DNA of 64,000 bases, taken from positions 5,440,001-5,504,000 of the forward strand of contig OZ244960.1 of assembly GCA_965222605.1 (NCBI GenBank), in the 5' to 3' direction. Each line of letters opens with the position of its first letter. Position 1 is the stretch's first letter. A program made the translations under genes and the position numbers. The notes under the pieces are model-generated. The model ran no database searches and had not been told where the DNA came from. It saw only the letters and a list, made by a program, of their open reading frames with translations. The DNA is from Candidatus Latescibacterota bacterium. Lineage in GTDB: Bacteria > Latescibacterota > UBA2968. Below, one piece after another: positions 9,119 through 21,498 of the stretch.

Positions 9119-10528
9119 TTAAAGCGTCATCACATTCCACTGTTGTGTCGGATAATCCACCCACTGTTTTGATCCGCGCTCAAACGCCTTCCGATACTCA
9201 GCCATTGCGCCTGCTTGTAGTTCTGTAATTCGCGGTGAATGTGCCGGGTCATTTGCCAAATTCACAAACTCATACGGGTCTTCAGCAATGTGATAAAGCT
9301 CTGGTCCATAAGGTCCATGAATATATTTCCACTCCTGCGTGCGAATGCTCAGGTTCAAATCTCGCTGACGCTGTAACTCCGTAATCGCCACCTCACGTTC
9401 AAGTTCACGACCATCAACCAGCGACTTCAAACTCATGCCAGGTAAATGCACAGGAATATCCATCCCCGCAAAATCGAACGCTGTAGGTAGTACATCCAAC
9501 AGATTCACAAGTGAATCGCTCACCAAACCCGTTTGAAATTCCTTTGGCGGTTTCACAATGAATGGAATGCGAATGGCCTGTTCGTAGAGATTGTATTTCG
9601 AAAATGCGGTTACCCCTCGCGATCCCAACAGTTCACCGTGGTCAGAAAGAAAAATGATCAGCGTGTCATCGTACAATCCATTGCGATCCAAAGCGTCTAT
9701 CACTTGCTGATGACACCGGTCGCAGGCCGTGACAAAAGCCATGTAATTTGCAATCGCATCTCGTAGTTCTTCTCGCTCTAATCCGACAAAATTGGGATAA
9801 GCATCCCGATCGGGTAAATTATCCGGCGGTTCAGGTGGTAACGCAACGTCAGCAGGGTCATATAAATCTGCCAAATTAGCTGGCGTTACATGAGGTGCAT
9901 GAGGCCCTGACAAACTGCAAATCATGAAAAACGGATTGTCCTTGTTCTCTTCCACAAAGGCAGCAGCCTGTCCGCCAACCCACCAGTCGCGCGTTTGCGC
10001 TAACCTCAAGCTTGTCGTAAACCCCTTAAATGCCGCCGCACAATTGTCTCCACCCTGACTAATCCCACGCGCTTCCCGCTCGCCCATCACCGTCTCCACC
10101 CAATCCCGATGCTCCGCCACAAAATGGCTGTCCATGCGCTCGCCCGTCTCGTGAAACGGCCCTGCCCGATGATCAAATCCGTAATAGTTGTTGCGTTCAA
10201 CAGCCGCCTGATACGGCATTGTATGCATCTTGCCAAAGGCACCCGTTACAAAACCTGCCTGCCCAAACGCCTTTCCCATTGTCCACTCGGGGATTTGTGC
10301 AGGATCTAATAAATGCCGATTGGAATAAATCCCAGACTGAAACGCATATCGCCCGTGCAACATCGAATGGCGACTCGGCAAACACGGCGACACAGCACAC
10401 GTTGCCTGCGTAAACCGAATGCCCTCCTGAGCCAAACGATCATACGTTGGTGTTTGCAACCCCGGATAACCCGCACACCCGAGAAAGGAATGCGCGTGCT
10501 GATCGGTCATTAAAATCACAACATTCAT
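9119..10528 (-). CDS. Sulfatase
   Basis: MNVVILMTDQH, CLPSR, GKMH, PHAP, SDHG, LYHIAEDPYE. Confidence 0.9.
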   Translation of the reverse strand: MNVVILMTDQHAHSFLGCAGYPGLQTPTYDRLAQEGIRFTQATCAVSPCLPSRHSMLHGRYAFQSGIYSNRHLLDPAQIPEWTMGKAFGQAGFVTGAFGKMHTMPYQAAVERNNYYGFDHRAGPFHETGERMDSHFVAEHRDWVETVMGEREARGISQGGDNCAAAFKGFTTSLRLAQTRDWWVGGQAAAFVEENKDNPFFMICSLSGPHAPHVTPANLADLYDPADVALPPEPPDNLPDRDAYPNFVGLEREELRDAIANYMAFVTACDRCHQQVIDALDRNGLYDDTLIIFLSDHGELLGSRGVTAFSKYNLYEQAIRIPFIVKPPKEFQTGLVSDSLVNLLDVLPTAFDFAGMDIPVHLPGMSLKSLVDGRELEREVAITELQRQRDLNLSIRTQEWKYIHGPYGPELYHIAEDPYEFVNLANDPAHSPRITELQAGAMAEYRKAFERGSKQWVDYPTQQWNVMTL

Positions 10529-10553
10529 AACTATTCTCCAGAAAGTCGAGCGA

Positions 10554-11198
10554 TCAGTAAATATATCGCACCCGCCTGAACTCACCGAGCATCGGATCCT
10601 TCACGCGTTCCATGTGATCTTGCATACATTGCATCAGCGATTCCTGCAGCGCCTCGTGTGTCTCGAGACCGTAGAGGTTGTGCAATTCGTGCGGATCGTT
10701 TTCGAGATCATAGAGCTCTCCAAGATCCGATTGATTAAACACAAACTTGTGCGTCCTGGTGCGCACCATACGAGACTTGTGCTCCTGAATCTGACCGTTG
10801 AACTGACAATACACGCTGTCGCGACCCGTTGGTTCATCCTCCCCCTTCAACAGCGAAAGAATGCTCTGCGTGTCGGGTACAATATCAGGTGTTAGACCTG
10901 CGACTTCCAAAAAACTCGGAAACAGATCCTGCAGATAGACAAATTCGTCGTTCTCTCGGCCTGGCTGTTGGCATTCGGGATGCGCTGCAATCAGAGGCAG
11001 GCGAAAACTCTCCTCATCAAAAAAAGGTCCTTTTTCAAACAGCTTGTGTGCCCCCATATTGTCTCCGTGATCTGTGGAAAATACAACAAGCGTGTTTTCC
11101 GCCAGGCCGAGCGTTTCCAACTCAGAAAGCATACGCCCCACCAGATCCCAGTGCTGTTGATCCGTAAGAATGAGCAGAATATTCGGTTTTTCTTGCAT
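10554..11198 (-). pseudogene. Sulfatase with large in-frame internal deletion
   Basis: MQEKPNILLILTDQQHWD joins directly to LVGRMLSEL..TDHG; CxPxR and GKxH motifs are absent. Confidence 0.85.
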
Positions 11199-11234
11199 AC
11201 TCGCGTCCTCTTCAAAAACAGGAATCAGATTTCC

Positions 11235-11507
11235 CTAACTCGCCATCGCCAGTACTTGATCTTCATTAATCAGGAATTCTTTCGGTAAATCGAGGGGGTG
11301 GCCATTTTCACACACGGGCAAATAATCCAGATATTGATTTTTTGGCCTGATCGCCCGCATCCAGGGCACATCGCGTTTGGCGATAAACCGAACGCGCTCT
11401 TTGATCACGGGGATATCGTCCTGGTTCAACAATCCCTGAAAGATGAAATATCCCTTGTCCAGCACTTCCTGTTTCCAATTCTTATCGCGTATCTCGTCTC
11501 TTTTCAT
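11235..11507 (-). pseudogene. PhyH-like relic (N-terminus plus short tail)
   Basis: EVLDKGYFIFQGLLNQDDIPVIKE is a PhyH-type start; no HxD or His motif in 90 aa. Confidence 0.55.
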
Positions 11508-11538
11508 AGCAGGGTTCCTTTGTTAAGGGCCTAATCCG

Positions 11539-12567
11539 CTATATGTTCTCCATAGCCTGACGGCGGCGGCGGCGAGCAAGTTCGCGCAGATCCACAACCT
11601 CATCTGTCTCATCCACAATTTCACGTCCAATTATCTCTTCAAGCACGTCTTCCAGGGTCACCACGCCAGCCAATCCACCGTATTCATCAATCACGACAAA
11701 CAGATGTTGCCTGCGCTCAAGAAACATGTGCAACACCCGATCCAACGTCAGCGTTTCCACCACAAAGTGCGCGCCTCGCGAAAGATTTTGAATGGGAATA
11801 TCTTCGCGACCTTCGGCAGCCGATGACAAAATATCCCGACGGTACACGATCCCAACAACATCTTCTGCATCTTCATCTACTATGGGAATGCGATTATATG
11901 ATGGAACACCAATTTGTAACACCTCACTTACTTTTTGCTGGGCTTGAAGCGAATAAATGACCGTGCGCGGTGTCATTATTTCCTGCACTGTTTTCTCTTT
12001 TAACAATAGAATATTTTGAATGGCACTGCCTTCTTCTGCATCAATGGTTCCCGCCTGTCGCCCTATATTTACCAATGCTATGAGTTCCTCTGAAGATACG
12101 ACATGTTCGACTTTTCCAGGAGATATTAGCTGTGTCACTAATTGGCACAGCCAGATAAGCGGTGCTTGTATCCAGATCAAGAACTGGATGGGATAGGCAA
12201 TCAAGGATACAAGATGCCGGGCATAAACCACGCCAATCGTCTTTGGAATAATCTCAGAACATAAAAGAATAATCAGGGTAAATACCACTGAAAAATGCGG
12301 CAACCACGGCTCACCCAGAACTTCTGCCGCTGCCGCTCCAGCAAGGGCGGCTCCACCTGTATGCGCAATTGTGTTAAGTGATAGAATACCCGCAATGGGC
12401 ACATCTACATTTTCTCTAAACTTTTTCAATAACCGGCCAGAAACACTGCCAGTTTTCGCCAGCGATTCGATATGACCAATAGGAACTGAATACAATGCCG
12501 CTTCAAAAAGTGAACACATAAAAGAAAAGAAAACGGCAAAGCTCATAAAAAAGATCAATTCAAACAT
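11539..12567 (-). CDS. CNNM/DUF21 plus CBS-pair membrane protein (CorC/HlyC-like)
   Basis: CSLFEAAL, SEIIPKTIG, IMTPR, VIDEYGGLAGVVTLEDVLEEIIG. Confidence 0.9.
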   Translation of the reverse strand: MFELIFFMSFAVFFSFMCSLFEAALYSVPIGHIESLAKTGSVSGRLLKKFRENVDVPIAGILSLNTIAHTGGAALAGAAAAEVLGEPWLPHFSVVFTLIILLCSEIIPKTIGVVYARHLVSLIAYPIQFLIWIQAPLIWLCQLVTQLISPGKVEHVVSSEELIALVNIGRQAGTIDAEEGSAIQNILLLKEKTVQEIMTPRTVIYSLQAQQKVSEVLQIGVPSYNRIPIVDEDAEDVVGIVYRRDILSSAAEGREDIPIQNLSRGAHFVVETLTLDRVLHMFLERRQHLFVVIDEYGGLAGVVTLEDVLEEIIGREIVDETDEVVDLRELARRRRRQAMENI

Positions 12568-12769
12568 CTGATTACTCCTCTCTATAATCTGTAAGGTTCG
12601 AATCGACTTCGGTTTGGTTGCTCTCGTTACAATATAGCTTCCGATACTGGTTATTTCCAGCGTATTTTTTTTATGCCCAAGAACATTAGAAAGGGTAGGA
12701 ATTGATCACATGGGCCAATACGATGCGAAATTGAATTACCCAAGCTAAATTCCCCTTGCTTGAGAATGA

Positions 12770-14992
<2,223 letters not shown>

Positions 14993-15004
14993 TCTCAGTG
15001 GATA

Positions 15005-16846
15005 TCATCGGTCACTCGGTTCGTCGCCGGAGACCAGATTCACGAGATCGCCCGGTCGAAGGGTCAGATCCGGGGAGATGTGGAGCGCATCCCCTATTGG
15101 GTCAGGGTCTGCTTCGGTGTACGGGAAGCCGATGGCTGGCAGGTCGGGATGTTCTGCCCTGATCTGGACCGGGTCCCCAGAGAGATCCTGCGAGAGCGAC
15201 CAATGGGAAAGGGACTCCGCGAAGGCAGCGAAACTCCCATCCGGTTCCTGAACATCTACGAGGACGATACAGTCGAGGGGATGATCACCACGCTGTAATG
15301 ACTCTCCTCCGTAGAGTCGAAGGTGCAACCTCAACTCGGTGTCCTCGCCATAGGCCAGACGTGCGTGGCCCTGCCGGGCTTCGCCATCCTCAGTCAGAAG
15401 CAGAGGTACGATCCCATAGTAGAGATCGCCGTAGGAGACGGCGACCGACTGACCCGGCTGGAGTTGTATGTCACCGCCACCCCAGTCCACGTTGCCGATG
15501 CGCACTTCCCGGATGGCGTCCCGCAGGCCGAACAGCACGCGGGGTTCGCAGTAGAACGTCGGGTCGTTCAGGAATCGTTCCTCTTCGTCTTCCGGTCTTT
15601 CGTAGTGGAGGCACCCCACGACGCGAGCGCCTTCCTGGCGAGACGTGAATGTCGCGCACGGCATATGCAGGAACGATTCGTCTGGGATGAGGGGGACGCT
15701 GACGCGCTCCTCGGTCTTGTTGCGGACGAGCAGGATGTAGGATGGTGGGGAGTGGCCGCCCACGGTTTGCAGACACTGGGAGGCCAGGCTCCAGTTGGGG
15801 GTCAGGAAGTGCGTTCGTCGCGAGCTAAGTGAAACGCCGCGATCGTGGATTTCGCTGATGCCTGCCTTTTCTTGAGCGAGGGTGCGGACGGCATCGGGAG
15901 GCACGTAATCAAACACAGTGTGTCTGATAAAGATCTCATTATTTAAAGCCCCCACGTAGATGTTGCCCGCGTCGGGTGGACACGGGGTGCCGAATTTGAT
16001 GTGGCCGTAAAACGCCGAGGCCGTGCTCGTGCCGTGTAGCGCGTCATTTTGATACGCCCGGGAAGGCGACCCTGCCAGGAATCCGTTGGGCAACATATTG
16101 AGTGCAAGCTGATAGGTGATGAGATCCATCGTCCGTTTTAGCTGATCGCGGAACTGGCTATCTCGCGCGTAGTTCCATGCCGCTTCCAGGCCGTGGAGGG
16201 TGACCGGGGTGTACCCCGGGCTGTTGAATTCGTGGAACCCGTCCTCCGAAGTGCCTCTGACCCAGACGTCGAAGGCTTCGGCTGCCTCGGCTTCGATTGA
16301 GGCATCGTTGAGGGCGTGCGAGAGGGCGACCCGGCCACCAATATTCAAGGAATATATGTTGGAGTACTGCCACCTCGCGGTGTGGTTGCGGATGCCCTCT
16401 ACGACATTCGGAAACGCGGCCTCCATTGCGTTCTTCGTCTCGGGTGTCAGCTTGTCCTGGAAGTCGAGATAGGCGTAAACGAGCGGAATGGTGATAAATG
16501 AAACCGCGTTTCGATCCTTGACGCGGTCCCAGTGCGTCATCCAGAAGAAATTGCCGAAGGTCTCGGAGCCCGGTTCGAGGTCCTGGCCCTCGAGTACGCT
16601 GTGGATGATGCGATTGGCCTCACCGGCGTCATCCGTGCCGTATGTCCGGTCGTCCGATAAAAGGAGCAGTACGGCGTACCAAATCGAAGCCGTACGCGTG
16701 TGTCCTGTGAAGCGGGGAAAGAACGGATCGAAGTTCCGAAGAAGGGCGACGTCCGGATCGTAGTTCTGGGCGTCTTTCTTGCGGAATCGGTCGCGCAGAA
16801 ACGCAACACGGGCGCGTTGCTCGCGAAGGATGGGATCGATGTTCAT
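15005..16846 (-). CDS. Hypothetical protein, possibly heparinase II/III-like lyase fold
   Basis: 613-aa ORF with AAGGAG RBS; helical N-half with DRNAVSF, YSNI and EFNSPGY motifs, beta-rich C-half. The fold is an inference. Confidence 0.5.
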   Translation of the reverse strand: MNIDPILREQRARVAFLRDRFRKKDAQNYDPDVALLRNFDPFFPRFTGHTRTASIWYAVLLLLSDDRTYGTDDAGEANRIIHSVLEGQDLEPGSETFGNFFWMTHWDRVKDRNAVSFITIPLVYAYLDFQDKLTPETKNAMEAAFPNVVEGIRNHTARWQYSNIYSLNIGGRVALSHALNDASIEAEAAEAFDVWVRGTSEDGFHEFNSPGYTPVTLHGLEAAWNYARDSQFRDQLKRTMDLITYQLALNMLPNGFLAGSPSRAYQNDALHGTSTASAFYGHIKFGTPCPPDAGNIYVGALNNEIFIRHTVFDYVPPDAVRTLAQEKAGISEIHDRGVSLSSRRTHFLTPNWSLASQCLQTVGGHSPPSYILLVRNKTEERVSVPLIPDESFLHMPCATFTSRQEGARVVGCLHYERPEDEEERFLNDPTFYCEPRVLFGLRDAIREVRIGNVDWGGGDIQLQPGQSVAVSYGDLYYGIVPLLLTEDGEARQGHARLAYGEDTELRLHLRLYGGESLQRGDHPLDCIVLVDVQEPDGSFAAFAESLSHWSLSQDLSGDPVQIRAEHPDLPAIGFPYTEADPDPIGDALHISPDLTLRPGDLVNLVSGDEPSDR

Positions 16847-17016
16847 CGGAGACTCCTTTGAGCGAGGGTGGGTAGGCTTGACGCTTCCATTCAACCGAAC
16901 TCAAGAATATATGAGAGCGTTAATTTAGCCGATTTTCTGGCTTTTGTGTCAAGATATGATATTAATGGATTAAGATAATCATATCAAAATTATTAACCTT
17001 ATGAGAAATTGACGCG

Positions 17017-17410
17017 ATGAGTGAACAACAACTTTTTCAGGAACGAGTAGTCAAGGTCTGTCAGAGTGTCACTGTTGGCAGGGCGGTCACGGAGCCCGTC
17101 TCCCTCTGGCTGATCAGGCAGTATATGCAGACCCGGGATTTACACCTGGGGCATCCGCCGGGCTTTAGAGTGCTGGACCCGGACGATGGCAAAAGCAAAG
17201 TTGGAGGTTGGCACTCTGATATTCCCTATACGTCGTCGACCGGTGGGGGAGACATTGCCGATCGGAAGGGACCCATCAAGGCGGTGCAGCGCAATGTTTG
17301 CGTGTCCGACTTCACCAAGATTCGCGGTGCGACTTTATAACGAACTGAATGCCAGGGAACAGCGGGAAATAACGGACCTTCTAACCAATCAGCCAGCAAT
17401 CGCTGGCTAA
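17017..17410 (+). pseudogene. Doubly deleted paralogue of the PhyH gene at 35743
   Basis: MSEQQLFQERVVKV|CQSVTVGRAVTEPVSLW..GGWHSDIPY..VQRNVCVSDF..GAT| then other frame YNELNAREQREITDLL; each block aligns by eye to 35743..36927. Confidence 0.85.
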
Positions 17411-17427
17411 TAACCTGAGGACACACC

Positions 17428-18261
17428 ATGCAAGTAGGAATTATGTCAGGTCACATCGCTCGGCCGACCCTGGAGGAAACGCTCGACGCCATACTTGGGC
17501 ACGACATCAGGCATCTTCAATTCAATTTGGAATCCCTAAATGTGCAGGGTTCGCTATCTGATAAACTCGCAAAGGCACCTGCGGTTCGGGCAGAGACCGA
17601 AAAGCGCGGCATGGTCATCGCGGCGCTGGGTGGTCCTGTCAATATGGTTCACCCCGATGAAGAAAAACGTCAGGAAGCTATCGAGTATCTGAAATCGCTC
17701 ATCTCGGCGTGTGACCCGATGGGTACCTCGGTGATTGCCACCTGTACCGGATCGCGCGATTCGGAGAGCATGTGGCGTAAACACCCGGATAACGAAACAG
17801 AAGAAGCCTGGCAGGTGTTACACAATACCCTGGAACAGGTACTGCCGGTTGCCGAAGCGGCCGGCGTCACCATTGCGTTCGAACCGGAAGTCAACAACGT
17901 CGCCAATACGGCGAAAAAGAGCCGGCGTCTGATTGACGAGATGGGTTCGGCAAATCTTAAAGTGGTCATAGACGCAGCAAATCTCTTTGGTGAGGGCGAA
18001 TTGCCGCGCATGACCGAAATTCTTGACGAGGCCTTTGAGTTGCTGGGTGATCATATCGCCATTGCCCATGGCAAAGATCTGGATCGGGACGGTGATGCAG
18101 GCCATCTCGCCGCTGGTACCGGCAAGCTCGATTACGCCCATTATGTATCGTTACTCTGTGGGCTACCCTTCGACGTGCCGGTCATTCTGCATAGCCTTTC
18201 CGAAGATCAGGTGGATGAAAGTGTTGCGATGCTCCGGCGTCACGCTGCAGCATACCAGTAA
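17428..18261 (+). CDS. Sugar phosphate isomerase/epimerase (xylose-isomerase-like TIM barrel)
   Basis: AFEPE, IDAANL, AHGKD, GTGKLDY. Confidence 0.85.
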   Translation: MQVGIMSGHIARPTLEETLDAILGHDIRHLQFNLESLNVQGSLSDKLAKAPAVRAETEKRGMVIAALGGPVNMVHPDEEKRQEAIEYLKSLISACDPMGTSVIATCTGSRDSESMWRKHPDNETEEAWQVLHNTLEQVLPVAEAAGVTIAFEPEVNNVANTAKKSRRLIDEMGSANLKVVIDAANLFGEGELPRMTEILDEAFELLGDHIAIAHGKDLDRDGDAGHLAAGTGKLDYAHYVSLLCGLPFDVPVILHSLSEDQVDESVAMLRRHAAAYQ

Positions 18262-18273
18262 GGAATTAACGAC

Positions 18274-18854
18274 ATGAAAGCCAAAAGTACCGGTCGGATC
18301 CCAGGAGTATCCATGAAGACTGGGCGCATGCAATGATCGATTTTCAGAACGGTACCGTGGGTATCTACGAGACGTCGCGCCTTGGTGAGGCACAAAAATA
18401 CTGTCAGATAACGGGGACCCTTGGCAGTATTCTCGATACCGACTATTTCGGCCCGGAGATCCCCCTGCGTTTGCGCATCGGCGAGGAGATGCAGGACATT
18501 CCTGTCGAAACCGAACGTCGTCAAATTGATGGCGTGGATGTGCTGCAGCGGATCGTCGCGCACACGGACCCTGAGACCGTCTATGAGAATCCGTTTCGCG
18601 ACTATGCCATCGACGATTGGTGTATCGGTCACGCTTCCGAGATTATGAGCATCGCCAATGCGGCGCTCAATGATGAACCGGCAGAATATGGCGTGGAAGG
18701 ACGCAAGGATGTTGAGATGGCCATGGCGATTTACGAGTCTTCTCTGAACAATATGGCTCCGGTGAAACTGCCGATTGAGGGACTGACCACCTACGAGCAG
18801 ATGCTGCATGAGGATTACCTCGAAAAGTTTGGCCAGCCCATCGATCAGTTTTAG
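18274..18854 (+). pseudogene. Gfo/Idh/MocA oxidoreductase relic lacking the Rossmann domain
   Basis: RBS+ATG (MKAK) at 18274, then out of frame HEDWAHAMIDFQNG..ITGTLG..GRKDVEMAMAIYESS..PVKLP (C-terminal domain). Confidence 0.75.
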
Positions 18855-18957
18855 CAGGTAATTCACCCCGAAACACACATAAACCCGAACTTCGCGACCG
18901 GGCAAAGTCAGAGATGAGGTTCACAAACACATTCGTTAGATGGGAGGAGGAAAACCC

Positions 18958-20010
18958 ATGTACTTTCTTGTATTCGAGACGGATTTCCATCGACAGCGGA
19001 AGTACACCGAGGAAGGCTGTGCGCTCCTTGAGACTCAGAGCGAAGTCGAAATCGTCCGCCAGATTGACCAACAGGACAAGGAAGCATTCACGCGATTCCT
19101 CGAGCGCGTTCCCGTTGCCGATGGCATTGTGATAGGCCCCTGGCACCGTCCTGCAACCACCCCTCAAGACTGGCAATCTGCTGAGCGGCTGAAGGTTTTG
19201 GCGGGGACGTTTGACAATCGCTTCGATGGTTGGGTTGACATACAGGAGTTGGCAGATCGCGACATTCCGCTTATTGATACTTCGCGCGGCATGACGCCAT
19301 CGGTTGCCGAGTTTGCGCTGGCCATGACACTCAATCTTATCCGCGATATCCCAGAATCGCTCTACCTCGCACGCCAGGGCAAATGGAAGTCTCACGCGTG
19401 GGACAAGCCAGGCTTTGTCCATGGTGACCTGACAGGCAGGCGTGTGGGACTCGCCGGATTCGGCAGCATCAACCGGCGTTACGCCGAACTGATTGCGCCA
19501 TTCAAGTGCACCACGAGAAGCTACGACCCCTATGTCGCAGATGCCACACTTGCAGCACACGGTGTCGAGCGTGCCCGATCACTTGAGGAACTGGCTGCGT
19601 TCAGCGAAGTCTTCGTCGTCGGCCTTCCTCCGACGCCAACAACCCAGCAGATTATCAGCAGAGAAGTTATCAACGCCTTGCCACGGGGTGCTTTGTTTGT
19701 GCTTGTCACGCGCATGGCAGTGGTTGAGCAGGACGCGCTGTGGGAACGCATTAAGGCCGAAGAGATTGCTGCGGCGATTGATGTGTTCGCACCTGAACCT
19801 CCGCCACCAGATATCTGGTTTCGTCAGCATTCCAATGTGCTGGCAACCCCTCACATCGCAGGTGGCACGGATTTCTGCCATCGACGTTGTTTCACCGATG
19901 CGTGCAAGGATGCGATTGCGGTACTAACGGGTAATGAGCCACGCTTCCGCGCGACCCTGTGGGATGATGCCTGCTATCAGGGGAGACTCGACCAGGAGGG
20001 CGTCTCATGA
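18958..20010 (+). CDS. D-2-hydroxyacid dehydrogenase family
   Basis: SVAEFAL, VGLAGFGSIN, YDPY, IDVFAPEP, TPHIAG; GGAGG RBS. Confidence 0.85.
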   Translation: MYFLVFETDFHRQRKYTEEGCALLETQSEVEIVRQIDQQDKEAFTRFLERVPVADGIVIGPWHRPATTPQDWQSAERLKVLAGTFDNRFDGWVDIQELADRDIPLIDTSRGMTPSVAEFALAMTLNLIRDIPESLYLARQGKWKSHAWDKPGFVHGDLTGRRVGLAGFGSINRRYAELIAPFKCTTRSYDPYVADATLAAHGVERARSLEELAAFSEVFVVGLPPTPTTQQIISREVINALPRGALFVLVTRMAVVEQDALWERIKAEEIAAAIDVFAPEPPPPDIWFRQHSNVLATPHIAGGTDFCHRRCFTDACKDAIAVLTGNEPRFRATLWDDACYQGRLDQEGVS

Positions 20011-20077
20011 CGGTCGGACTCAGGGATAAATAAAATATAATCTCCAGAGATTAATCCTGCTGTAAAGGAGAGTAGCT

Positions 20078-20974
20078 ATGAGGCCGCTACGAGAGATCAG
20101 TATGTCATCAAACATTCACTTTGCTATGGGCGGCGCCATTTTCGGAGCCTTCACGACTGAATCCGCGGAGCTGATTGCTAAGCACGGTCTGCCGGGTGTC
20201 GAACCTTACCGCAGTGGCCTGACCGCCTGGCTCGACGACCCGCAAACTCTGAAGGCCCTCCTCGACGAGTACGGTTTACGGCTCATTACCGCTTCGAACG
20301 GCGGGCCCGGTCAGTCGATGGCGTTCATCGATCGGTCAAAGCGTCGTGAAACAATCGCCGACCATGTCGCCTTCTGCCGCGATTTCCTGAAGATCTTCGG
20401 CTGCACGCACTTCAAGATCAACATGGGTAGCCGCCCGCAGAACGGAACAACCGCGGATGACATCAAAGCGATCTCGGAAACTGTGTCAGAACTCGGCAAG
20501 CGAACGCTTGAGATGGGTGTGACGATCGCTCCACACCCGCATATCTGGGGGCCGATCGAGCGGCCGGAGGAAGTTCGCGCCCTTCTTGATCAGACCGACC
20601 CAGATATCGTGTCCTGGATTCCCGACACCGCACAGCTCAACCTCGGAGGAGGCGATCCCGTTCAGCTCATCGACGATTATTACGACCGACTGGCCGCCGT
20701 CCACTGGAAGGATTCGAAGGCGTCGTATCGCGGTTATACTGGCCCGACACCGACGAAGGAGATGCACGCGGAGGAAATTCTGTACAAAGATCTGGGATCC
20801 GGCGGCGTCGACCACCCTGCGATTTGGGCCATGCTGAATGAGCGAGGCTACGACGGATGGATCACGCTCGATCTCGATCCCCCGCGTCCAAACGAAGGCG
20901 AAGGTTCAGTTGACGACAAAATTGAGATCAACTGTAGGTATCTGATGGAAACATTGAAAGTTTCCCGCCTTTAG
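20078..20974 (+). CDS. IolE-like sugar phosphate isomerase/epimerase
   Basis: HPHIWGPIE, PDTAQL..GGGDP, VHWKD, LGSGGVD, GYDGWITLDLD. Confidence 0.85.
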   Translation: MRPLREISMSSNIHFAMGGAIFGAFTTESAELIAKHGLPGVEPYRSGLTAWLDDPQTLKALLDEYGLRLITASNGGPGQSMAFIDRSKRRETIADHVAFCRDFLKIFGCTHFKINMGSRPQNGTTADDIKAISETVSELGKRTLEMGVTIAPHPHIWGPIERPEEVRALLDQTDPDIVSWIPDTAQLNLGGGDPVQLIDDYYDRLAAVHWKDSKASYRGYTGPTPTKEMHAEEILYKDLGSGGVDHPAIWAMLNERGYDGWITLDLDPPRPNEGEGSVDDKIEINCRYLMETLKVSRL

Positions 20975-21498
20975 TGTGTCAACCCCGACAGGGTTGAAGA
21001 ACATGGTCTGACTTTATCGAGGAAGAAAACAGGTTTACCGTGCGGCTTTGGAAGGAGCCAGAAGATACGCCAGCGCAGCTTGGAAGCCAGTGACTAAGCC
21101 TATACAGTCCCCGTAGTTTGCTCTAAACTTCTCCTTTTCCTTTCGATCTCTCTTTCTACAATATCGCGTAAATCATGGTGTTCCAGAGCATTTGATCTAA
21201 AACCACAACGTGGGCAGGAGGGCAATGCCCATGAATCAAATGTTACTACGTACGGGTTTCGGTCTTTCGTTAATTCGTAATCACACTTCGGACAAAAGCA
21301 TTGAAGATTATATATTGAATCTTTAGACTCTTTCCATCTAAATTTAAGACCTGAGATCACACCTTCTTTTTTTCTATATTTATCCCTACTGTTTTTGTTA
21401 TATATAGTCTTAATTACAATAAATACCCCCACAAATGCAGGGATTCCGATAATTAGCCATAACCATCCATATAAAGAAAAAGAATGATTAGATAAAAG

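Noticed and set aside
3090-10528. Biosynthetic gene cluster (decarboxylase, dioxygenase, aminotransferase)
   Set aside because: No scaffold-building enzyme and relics are interspersed; a patchwork of catabolic genes is more likely.
20979-20997. TCAACCC-CGACA-GGGTTGA hairpin as a REP element
   Set aside because: Single copy seen; could be a simple terminator-like stem.
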